NCBI GenBank assembly: GCA_027492035.1
Contig: JAOZFT010000024.1
Coordinates: 1 to 20,103, forward strand
Source: Thermoproteota archaeon
GTDB taxonomy: Archaea > Korarchaeota > JAOZGF01 > JAOZFZ01
Direction: 5' to 3'
Length of the DNA stretch: 20,103 nt
Below the pieces are notes generated by a model. It saw nothing but the letters and a program-made list of their open reading frames with translations, did no database searches and was not told the DNA's origin. The translations under genes and the position numbers were made by a program. Shown here in pieces: positions 1 to 7,024 of the stretch (position 1 is the first letter of the stretch; every line of letters starts with the position of its first letter).

Positions 1-96
1 TGGTTCCCAAACGTTTCTGTCAAACCATTTTGCGTAAACAAAGTAAGCTATTGCATATACGATGATTCCTAAAACGACAAACCATATAGGAAACAT
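1..96 (-). CDS. cstA: Carbon starvation protein A (CstA) family transporter, 5' end only; continues beyond the window
   Basis: Not in the ORF track. Manual translation from ATG at 96-94 gives MFPIWFVVLGIIVYAIAYFVYAKWFDRNVWEP, matching the CstA N-terminal pattern (TM helix, Y-x-x-Y-x-K/R-W, then the run-up to the TPA motif). AAGGTG RBS at 105-110 on the minus strand. CstA genes are known neighbours of ArsA-type ATPases. Confidence 0.75.
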   Translation of the reverse strand, partial: MFPIWFVVLGIIVYAIAYFVYAKWFDRNVWEP

Positions 97-305
97 GGGT
101 TTTGCACCTTCTCAAAGATTCTCAAAGAAAGAGAAATATTTGTTTTGTAGAGGAAGGAGATAAATATTTAAATTTAACTGTTTAACATGTTTAATGTCGA
201 CAATTAACTATTTTTCGAAATTTTACGGGATAACTTCCGTTTTTATCACTTAAAGAAGTAAAATTTTAAACAAGTAAATTTAGTGAAGTAGAGAGGGGGA
301 CTGGT

Positions 306-932
306 TTGGGTGAAGATTTAGGTTTTGTTTTCATTGTTCTCTTAACTTTCTTTTTTGTTTTCACTTATCTCTTAGGTAGGAGAGAGAACTTTAAAAGACA
401 GAAAAATTTGTGGAAGAAAATTTCTGTTGCTATTAAGCCTTACTGTAAGAAAGTGAATTTTAAAGGTTTGGGTTCCAGTGCTTTCCAAATAAGTTTACGT
501 AGAAGCCGTCTACCTTTCAAAAAATTTGAATTGATTGTTTCTCTTTTGGACAGGGAAAACATCCTTCATTATTTTTTACTTAAATTGATGAAGAAAACTG
601 ATGAGTTAATTGTGAAAGCAGATTTTGAAATAAAACCCGGTTTTGAATTAGAGGTTTATAAAGGGAAGAGGAGAGTGAAGGAAGGCATGTTTTTTGTTAA
701 ATCAAGTATTTTACCTAGCGGATTCAGAATTTTAACCTCTAACAAAGACAAAGCAGAAAATTTTTTTGTAAAAATCGGCAAGAAACTAAGTAAATGCGTC
801 AACGAAATAGTTTATTTGTCGATTTCACCCGTTTCTCCAACTTTAATATTCACCGTATCCTTGGATGGAAACACTGTAGAGAAAGTTATGCCTGTGATTT
901 TAGAGCTTGGAGAAACGTTCAAGATGCATTAA
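306..932 (+). CDS. Single-pass membrane protein resembling CCDC47/DUF1682 (PAT complex subunit)
   Basis: TTG start after GAGGGGG RBS. N-terminal TM helix followed by YLLGRREN..W, then [26 protein letters not shown] and TLIFTVSL, colinear with CCDC47 blocks as I recall them. The ORF is secure; the family call is by eye. Confidence 0.6.
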   Translation: [208 protein letters not shown]

Positions 933-936
933 GGAG

Positions 937-1470
937 TCAAAGTTGATCATGGCATTTTACAGTTGAAATCAAGGGCATTAAATTGTTAAATGCTTCATCT
1001 GGTTCTTGGTTTGTGGAAAACTCTAAAAATATTGTTCTTGAGGTTTTTTTACATTTGAAAAGAAACTTTACAGTGGTTTCTTTTATTCTTTTCCCAAAAA
1101 ATAGGTTTTTCCTCCTTTCTTTAGCAGAAATATAGTAAACAGCTTCGTGGCTGAACAAGTTGAGACACCCCTTCTTTAAAACATTTTCTTTCTTTGTTTC
1201 TTTTTCCAGCCATTCATTAACCTTGAGTTTTTCATTGTACTTTTTTGTTTTCACCAGTAGAGAAAAGTATTTCTGTTCTGGGAGACGTATTAAGGCTCCT
1301 GTGTATCCTGAGACAGCCCATTTATTTCCTTCAAGTTCAATCCATTCCTCAACATCAGTTCTATAAAACAGGGGGGAGACGCTCCATTCTTCAGGTATTT
1401 TAAAATAGAGAAAAGAAACTTTACCTATTAGAAAATTATCTGTTTCAATTGATACGTTTTTAAGTTCCAT
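937..1470 (-). CDS. Hypothetical soluble protein, possibly PsbP/Mog1/DcrB-like fold
   Basis: 177 aa ORF with ATG start and native-like composition; FKIPEEW near the N-terminus, SHEAVYY centrally, LISTVKCH at the C-terminus. Convergent with 306..932 with a 4 bp gap. Confidence 0.7.
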   Translation of the reverse strand: MELKNVSIETDNFLIGKVSFLYFKIPEEWSVSPLFYRTDVEEWIELEGNKWAVSGYTGALIRLPEQKYFSLLVKTKKYNEKLKVNEWLEKETKKENVLKKGCLNLFSHEAVYYISAKERRKNLFFGKRIKETTVKFLFKCKKTSRTIFLEFSTNQEPDEAFNNLMPLISTVKCHDQL

Positions 1471-1526
1471 AAAGAACTAACCTTTTCCTCAGTTTTTCAT
1501 GACACTAAAAACTTTCTGAAAAAAAA

Positions 1527-1590
1527 GAAAAAGGGAAAGATTTAAATCTTAATGTAGCACCCTCAAAAATTTAATTCTTTCCCCTTTTTC
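1527..1590. promoter_or_regulatory. Inverted repeat formed by two opposed BRE+TATA-like elements in a divergent intergenic region
   Basis: 1527-1547 gaaaaagggaaagatttaaat versus reverse complement of 1569-1590 gaaaaaggggaaagaattaaat (one indel, one mismatch), 21 nt spacer. Confidence 0.55.
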
Positions 1591-1626
1591 AGTTTCTTCT
1601 ACTTTTCGAAAGAGGCAACTTTTAGA

Positions 1627-1887
1627 ATGTCATTCTCAGGTTTGAAAAAGAAAATAAGAGAATTTCTTTTCGGTTTTTTTGTGATGGAACCTCTTTTGAC
1701 AGCTAGAAAAATCACGTTTAAGCTTGAACTTTCCTTTATGTCAGCAGTGGTTGGGGATTTAATAGGGATCCCTCTGTTTTCACCTATTTATAAATTGAAA
1801 CTTTTACCTCACTGGTTTCCCTTAATAACTATTTGGAAAAACAACATATTGAAAGAAGAGGATTTAACTGATAAAATAAGGGGATGA
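1627..1887 (+). CDS. Small CstA/ArsA-associated hydrophobic protein (cory-CC-star-like), paralog 1
   Basis: LELSFMSAVVGDLIGIPLFSPIYKLKLLPHWFP..W motif shared with 1978..2256; GAGG RBS upstream. Confidence 0.75.
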   Translation: MSFSGLKKKIREFLFGFFVMEPLLTARKITFKLELSFMSAVVGDLIGIPLFSPIYKLKLLPHWFPLITIWKNNILKEEDLTDKIRG

Positions 1888-1917
1888 AGAGGAGGAAAAA
1901 GGCATTAGAGAAGACAT

Positions 1918-1932
1918 AGAAAAATTTAAATA
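1918..1932 (+). promoter_or_regulatory. Putative archaeal BRE/TATA promoter for the small protein-ATPase-ATPase operon
   Basis: agaaaaaTTTAAATA about 45 nt upstream of ATG 1978; the core gaaaaatttaaata recurs upstream of cysD. Confidence 0.45.
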
Positions 1933-1977
1933 AGGGGGATTGTGTAGAAAGAAGAAATAGTGAAGGGTGTTAATGAA

Positions 1978-2256
1978 ATGACCGGAGAAAAAGAAAAGAA
2001 AGGTGTAAGTGAAGTTTCGAAAGCTGTAAAAGAAGTTTTTTATGGAATGGCTTCCCATGCAGTAGTTAGACAAATGATGAAGACAAGAATGTACCTAGAA
2101 CACTTGTTTATGTTAATAACACTGGGAGACATGCTTGGAATGCCAATACTTCCACCTTACTACTCACTTAAACTTCTACCTTATGCATTGCCTAACATAA
2201 AGACTTGGAAGAGAAGATTGTTCAAGGAAAGAGATGTAACAGATATGCTTTACTGA
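1978..2256 (+). CDS. Small CstA/ArsA-associated hydrophobic protein (cory-CC-star-like), paralog 2
   Basis: LEHLFMLITLGDMLGMPILPPYYSLKLLPY..W..R resembles the small proteins encoded between cstA and arsA-like genes. ATG 1978 (after AAGGGTG) preferred over GTG 1960. Confidence 0.8.
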   Translation: MTGEKEKKGVSEVSKAVKEVFYGMASHAVVRQMMKTRMYLEHLFMLITLGDMLGMPILPPYYSLKLLPYALPNIKTWKRRLFKERDVTDMLY

Positions 2257-2273
2257 AAGAAAAGGCGAGAACA

Positions 2274-3284
2274 ATGACTTTGTCAATGAAGAAATACATA
2301 AATCAACACCCAAATTTAAGAGTGATTATTTACGCCGGTAAGGGGGGTTTAGGGAAAACTACTTGCAGCGCCGCGACAAGTTACTGGTACGCTAAACAAA
2401 ACAGGAAAGCATTATGTTTCAGTACAGATCCTCAAGCTTCATTAAGTGACATATTTGAAAAGGATTTATTTGGGAAAGGAGAGCAGAAATTAGCGGAAAA
2501 CCTTTTCGTTGTCGAAATAGATGCTGACAGAAAAATAACTGAATTCCAAGAAGAAGTTAGACAGAAAATAAGAGAAATGTACGGCATAGATGAAATACCT
2601 AAAGAGATAGATGAATATATAAGCACTTCATCTTACGAGCCTGCAATGCATGAAAGTGCAACTTACGACGCCATGGCTGCACTTTTAGCAAGTAAAAAAT
2701 ACGACGTGTATGTCTTTGACATGCCTCCGTTCGGCCACGGAGTTAGAATGATAAGTATGGCAACTATTTTAGATGTTTGGATTGATAAAATGGCTGAAGC
2801 TAGAAAGAAAGCAGCAGAGTATAAGGAAGCTGAAGCTAGGATTAAAGGAGTTTCAGCTGAAGCTGAAGATGCTGTGTTAAATGAATTAGATGAAATTAGA
2901 AGTAAACTTGACTTTTTTAGGGAAACATTAACGAATTCTGAAACAACTGCTTTTTTCATGGTTTTAATACCTGAAAAAATGGCTATTTTAGACACTGAAA
3001 GAGCACTTAAAATGTTTGAGAAACTGGGAATTAAATTAAGCGGAGTGATTGTGAACCAAGTTTACCCTGTTGAACTTCTTGAAAGGAAAGACTTAAGTGA
3101 GTTCCTAAAACATAGAATTGAAATGCAGCAGGGATACTTAAAGGAAATAAGTGAAAAATTTGGTGAACACGTCAGGGCAGTGGTGCCTATGTTCGAAAAG
3201 GAACCTAAAGGTTTGGAAATGATTGGAAGAGTTGCTGAACATTTATTTGAGAAACCTAACCTAGAAGTTTTAAAGAGGGTTTAG
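2274..3284 (+). CDS. ArsA/Get3(TRC40)-family ATPase, subunit 1
   Basis: Deviant Walker A GKGGLGKTT, switch I STDPQASL, switch II DMPPFGH, IVNQV. Start moved from 2205 to ATG 2274 to avoid overlap with the upstream gene. Confidence 0.92.
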   Translation: MTLSMKKYINQHPNLRVIIYAGKGGLGKTTCSAATSYWYAKQNRKALCFSTDPQASLSDIFEKDLFGKGEQKLAENLFVVEIDADRKITEFQEEVRQKIREMYGIDEIPKEIDEYISTSSYEPAMHESATYDAMAALLASKKYDVYVFDMPPFGHGVRMISMATILDVWIDKMAEARKKAAEYKEAEARIKGVSAEAEDAVLNELDEIRSKLDFFRETLTNSETTAFFMVLIPEKMAILDTERALKMFEKLGIKLSGVIVNQVYPVELLERKDLSEFLKHRIEMQQGYLKEISEKFGEHVRAVVPMFEKEPKGLEMIGRVAEHLFEKPNLEVLKRV

Positions 3285-3286
3285 AA

Positions 3287-4309
3287 ATGAGTGAACAACA
3301 TGAAACTTTAAAAGATTTTTTAGGGAAGCACCCAACAGTGAAGTATTTATTTACTGGCGGTAAAGGAGGAGTTGGAAAAACAATTTCAGCAGCTGGTTTA
3401 GCTTATTACTTTGCCTCAGAAGGAGAGAAAGTCCTTTTAGCTTCATTAAACCCTGTACATTCACTTTCAAGTTTATTCGGTCAAGACTTAACAGGTGGTG
3501 CAATTAAACCTATTAACGGCATAAACAACCTTTACGCTATTGAAGTAGATATTCGGGAAAGAGTTAAGAAATACAAGGAACAGCTCTCGGAGAAATTAAT
3601 GTGGTTCATGAAATGGGCAGATATTCCATTAAAAGCTGAAGAATTCGTTGACATTGCTGCTACCAACCCTGCTTTTGAAGAAAGTGCAATGTTTGACAAC
3701 ACAATCGATATAATGTTGAAGGAAAGTGAAAATTTTGACAAAATAGTTTTTGACACTGCAGCAGTGGCTAATGCTGTTAGGCTTTTAGGTTTAAGCAAAA
3801 TATATGGTTTATGGCTTGGAAGAATGATTGAAAGCAGAAAAGAAGCTCTTTCTTTAAGAGTAAAGCTTTCATTCAGGAAGGAAAGAGTTATGGAGGAAGT
3901 TAAAAAGGACCCAATGATGAAGGATTTACTTGATATGAACGAAAGAATAAAGAAAGCAAGAGAAGTATTTAGTGACCCTGAAAAAACAGCTTTCTTCTTT
4001 GTAACACTACCTTTAGCTTTACCTATAGCAGTTGTTGAAAGGTTTATTAAAATGGTTCAAGGATTTGACATACCTACAGGAGGAGTGATTGTGAACGGTG
4101 TTTTAGAGAAAAAACTTGTCTCTGAGGGAAAGGCAACAGAGTACTTAATAAACAAGTTTAAAGAACAGCAGAGATACATGGAAATTATAAAAGAACGCCT
4201 CTGGCCAAGTGTGAGAGCAATTATTCCACTTTACCCAACTGAAATAATAGGGCTGGATATGGTGGGAAAAGTAGCTCAAGACATGTTAAACTGGAAACCT
4301 GAAGCCTAA
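3287..4309 (+). CDS. ArsA/Get3(TRC40)-family ATPase, subunit 2 (degenerate switch I/II)
   Basis: GKGGVGKT, SLNPVHSL (Asn in place of the catalytic Asp), DTAAVAN in place of DTAPTGH, IVNGV; 2 bp after the previous stop. Confidence 0.92.
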   Translation: MSEQHETLKDFLGKHPTVKYLFTGGKGGVGKTISAAGLAYYFASEGEKVLLASLNPVHSLSSLFGQDLTGGAIKPINGINNLYAIEVDIRERVKKYKEQLSEKLMWFMKWADIPLKAEEFVDIAATNPAFEESAMFDNTIDIMLKESENFDKIVFDTAAVANAVRLLGLSKIYGLWLGRMIESRKEALSLRVKLSFRKERVMEEVKKDPMMKDLLDMNERIKKAREVFSDPEKTAFFFVTLPLALPIAVVERFIKMVQGFDIPTGGVIVNGVLEKKLVSEGKATEYLINKFKEQQRYMEIIKERLWPSVRAIIPLYPTEIIGLDMVGKVAQDMLNWKPEA

Positions 4310-4470
4310 AACTTTTCCAGTGTCACCTCCCATCCCTTTATTTCTTGAAAAATCACATCTTCCACTTCTACTCTTTCTTAGACCTTTTTCTTCCCGGAAA
4401 AACATTTTTGACAACATTTTCACTCTCTGTTTTTTCAACCACTATAAATTCAGCTTTTCTACTTTTTTCT
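4310..4470 (+). terminator. Pyrimidine/T-rich tract after the ATPase operon, possible archaeal intrinsic terminator region
   Basis: Abrupt switch to C/T-rich sequence with several T4-T7 runs right after the stop codon. Confidence 0.3.
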
Positions 4471-4673
4471 AAACCTGTTTAGTGAAAAACTTAACCATCA
4501 CAATTTGCAATTTTTACAGATTCAATGTATTTAAGTAATTTGATTTTTCATAAATTGCATCAACAAGGATTACAGAGAAATTCCACTGAAAAAAGTTTTT
4601 AAGTTAGCGGCAGAAAAAGAAGAGTAAACCTAAATTTTTCCCATTACCAGAATGATCTTGAGAAGTGTAGAAA

Positions 4674-5339
4674 ATGAATTTAAAGAAGGAATTTCTAAAA
4701 CTGTTGAGGGAAGATGAGGAATTCAAGTACGCCGTAGCAGGTTTCATAGGGATGAATGAAATCCTTAAAAAACTTGACAAACACGAAAGAATCATAATTG
4801 AACTAAGAGAAGACTTTAACACATTAAGAAGAGACTTCAACAGAATGCTTGAAGAAATAAAAATAATTAATCTCAGGTTGAACAGAGTTGAAAAAACCCT
4901 GGAAAAACTTACTCTAGACATTGAGGAAGAGGCTAGATCGATACTGAGTTATAGGCTAAAAAATGAGGGAATAAATATCCAAGTGGAACCTTTAACTTTA
5001 AAGGAAACAGAAATAAACCTTTACGGCGCCTCAAACAATATTTGCGTAATAGGAGAAGCAACAGTTAGGGCAGGATCAAACCTACTGGACGAATTAGAAG
5101 AAAAAATTAAGATTTTACAGAGAAAACACCCTCACCTACTCAAAGGAAAAACTATTTTAGTTATTTACACCTCATTAGCTACACCTGACCTTATAAAGAA
5201 AGCAAAAGAGAAAAAAGTATGGGTTCTAAAAGCCACAGGAGACATTTTTAAACCTGAAAAATTAATGAAGAAACAGCTATTGCAACGTAAAGAAAGAAAC
5301 AAAGAAAACACCAACAGTAAATGCATAGGAAAAAATTAA
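4674..5339 (+). CDS. Archaeal coiled-coil protein with C-terminal restriction-endonuclease-like (PD-(D/E)XK) domain, DUF3782/paREP-like
   Basis: Typical N-terminus LKKEFLKLLREDEEFKYAVAGFIG, heptad coiled coil, then EINLYG...IGEATVR (degenerate nuclease motif). Confidence 0.75.
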   Translation: MNLKKEFLKLLREDEEFKYAVAGFIGMNEILKKLDKHERIIIELREDFNTLRRDFNRMLEEIKIINLRLNRVEKTLEKLTLDIEEEARSILSYRLKNEGINIQVEPLTLKETEINLYGASNNICVIGEATVRAGSNLLDELEEKIKILQRKHPHLLKGKTILVIYTSLATPDLIKKAKEKKVWVLKATGDIFKPEKLMKKQLLQRKERNKENTNSKCIGKN

Positions 5340-5589
5340 TAACCTGAAATGAGGCAAAGGGAACATTACTAAACCTGCATTAGAGTGTTTTTCAAAGGTT
5401 TTTCGTCTTTGCAGGATCCACGACCTAATTCCGAAAAAATAGGAGCTGTCCAAGAAAACGTCAACACTTAACAGATAAAGCTAAGCAGCAAGGAGTTTTA
5501 AGGCAAAATATTTTAATTGAAAAACATCACTGCTTTAAAACAACGCGGCGACAACATAACCATCTTCTTGTTTATAAGGTGACGTTGAA

Positions 5590-5805
5590 TTGAAAGAAAA
5601 AGTTACGATAAAGATACCTAAAGAACTTTACTTGAAGTTAAAAGCTATGATAAAAGGTACTGGGTTCTCCAGCGTCACAGAATTCATAGTTTTCACTATG
5701 AGAACAGTGGCTATGGGTGGTAAAATATCAGAAAAAGCAAAATTTAAGAAAGAGGAACTCAAAGAGATAAGGGAAAGACTGAGAAAATTAGGTTATCTTA
5801 AATGA
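5590..5805 (+). CDS. Ribbon-helix-helix (CopG/Arc/MetJ) transcriptional regulator
   Basis: KVTIKIPKELYLKL..GFSSVTEFI RHH pattern; AAGGTGA RBS; TTG start; C-terminus ERLRKLGYL. Confidence 0.85.
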   Translation: MKEKVTIKIPKELYLKLKAMIKGTGFSSVTEFIVFTMRTVAMGGKISEKAKFKKEELKEIRERLRKLGYLK

Positions 5806-5821
5806 ACATTGGAAACGTTAA

Positions 5822-5837
5822 AGGAAAAATTTAAATA
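5822..5837 (+). promoter_or_regulatory. Putative BRE/TATA promoter of the cysD operon
   Basis: aggaaaaaTTTAAATA upstream of cysD, same element as at 1918-1932. Confidence 0.45.
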
Positions 5838-5893
5838 CTTTTACACTCCAATTAGAGCCTTAATTTTGACTCTGATTGGAGTGCAGAAAAACA

Positions 5894-6718
5894 ATGAATA
5901 GGAACCTAACTTACCTAGATGAATTAGAATCAAAAAGTATTTACATAATAAGGGAGGCATATAGGAGATACAGAGACAAATTAGCTGTCCTTGTTTCTTG
6001 GGGTAAAGATTCCACTACTCTTTTGTATTTAACTAGGAAAGCTTTCTTCGGCGAAGTTCCTATTCCTGTTATGCATATAGATACTTCTTATAAATTTAGA
6101 GAAATTTATGAGTTCAGAAATAGGTTAGTTAAGGAGTGGAACTTAAAGTTATTAATTGCAAAAAATGAAGAAGCCTTAAAACAGGGCATGAGCCCAGGAA
6201 AAGGAAGGTTTCAATGTTGCACAGCATTAAAGACACAGGCTTTGAAGCAAGCAATAAAGAAATTTAAACTTAAGGCTCTGCTTTTAGCTATACGGAGAGA
6301 TGAACATGGAATTAGAGCTAAAGAAAGGTACTTCTCTCCACGTGATTCGCATTTCAAGTGGAACTATTTAAGTCAACCTCCTGAACTTTGGGAGCAATTT
6401 AACCAAGTAACGGATGAAGAAACCCATGTCAGGGTTCACCCTATGCTTCACTGGCTTGAAATAGATATTTGGCGCTATATTCAAAGAGAAAAAATACCTA
6501 TTGTTCCTTTATATTTTTCTGGGGCGAGGAAGCTAGGGTATAGATACAGGAGCATAGGTTGCGAGCCATGCTGTATCCCTATCCCTTCAAATGCTAAGAC
6601 AGTGAAAGAGGTTATAGCTGAACTGGAAAGAACAAACGTCCCAGAAAGAGCTGGAAGAGCTCAAGACAAAGAGAAAATGTACATGATGGAAAAATTAAGG
6701 GCCCTGGGGTACATGTAA
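5894..6718 (+). CDS. cysD: Sulfate adenylyltransferase subunit 2
   Basis: LDELESKSIYIIRE, SWGKDS PP-loop, HIDT, RRDE..RAKERYFS, QPPELW, RVHP, YRSIGC. ATG 5894 (GGAGTG RBS) preferred over TTG 5876. Confidence 0.95.
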   Translation: MNRNLTYLDELESKSIYIIREAYRRYRDKLAVLVSWGKDSTTLLYLTRKAFFGEVPIPVMHIDTSYKFREIYEFRNRLVKEWNLKLLIAKNEEALKQGMSPGKGRFQCCTALKTQALKQAIKKFKLKALLLAIRRDEHGIRAKERYFSPRDSHFKWNYLSQPPELWEQFNQVTDEETHVRVHPMLHWLEIDIWRYIQREKIPIVPLYFSGARKLGYRYRSIGCEPCCIPIPSNAKTVKEVIAELERTNVPERAGRAQDKEKMYMMEKLRALGYM

Positions 6719-6942
6719 TGCATGAAACAAGAACTAGGTCGTTAATTAAAGCTTTAACTTGGAGAGTAATTGGAATGTTTGTTTTAGGCAGTTTAGCATG
6801 GATTATAACTAACAACACTTTTCAAACTACCACTTTAACTGTTTCTTTTCATTTAGTTCAATTCACTCTCTACTACTTCCATGAAAGAATCTGGAATTAC
6901 ATTAAGTGGGGGGTAACTGATGGACAGAAAAAAGAAACGTAG
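6718..6942 (+). CDS. DUF2061 small membrane protein
   Basis: ETRTRSLIKALTWR...YYFHERIW..IKWG signature; TAATG coupling to cysD. Confidence 0.88.
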   Translation: MHETRTRSLIKALTWRVIGMFVLGSLAWIITNNTFQTTTLTVSFHLVQFTLYYFHERIWNYIKWGVTDGQKKET

Positions 6943-7024
6943 ATGAAAACTTAAAACATACCAAGAGGTAGGAGGAACCAAAAGAAATGTTGAAGCTAAA
7001 ACACAAAAGACGGAGGCTAGGGAT

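Noticed and set aside
225-240. Inverted repeat acggga-taac-ttccgt
   Set aside because: Six-bp arms with a mismatch; could easily arise by chance.
1627-2256. Small proteins as Asterix (PAT10) homologs partnering the CCDC47-like protein
   Set aside because: No resemblance to Asterix as I recall it and no three-TM pattern; they match the CstA-associated small protein pattern instead.
2274-4309. Arsenic-resistance operon (arsA)
   Set aside because: No arsB, acr3, arsC, arsD or arsR nearby, and the metalloid-binding cysteines are absent; the context is CstA.
4310-4670. Possible small ORFs or ncRNA in the intergenic gap
   Set aside because: Only short motif-free ORFs; no GC-rich stem, tRNA, C/D-box pair or repeat array could be supported.
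4795-4850. Short direct repeat aagagaagactttaaca / aagaagagacttcaaca
   Set aside because: Reflects coiled-coil heptads (LREDFNT / LRRDFNR) in coding sequence, not CRISPR or a mobile-element end.
5275-5480. Minus-strand hydrophobic open stretch (LLSVDVFLDSSYFFGIRSW...FSYAFTVGVFFVSFFTLQ)
   Set aside because: No credible start or RBS at its 5' end, it overlaps the end of 4674..5339, and no family is recognisable; at most a gene remnant.
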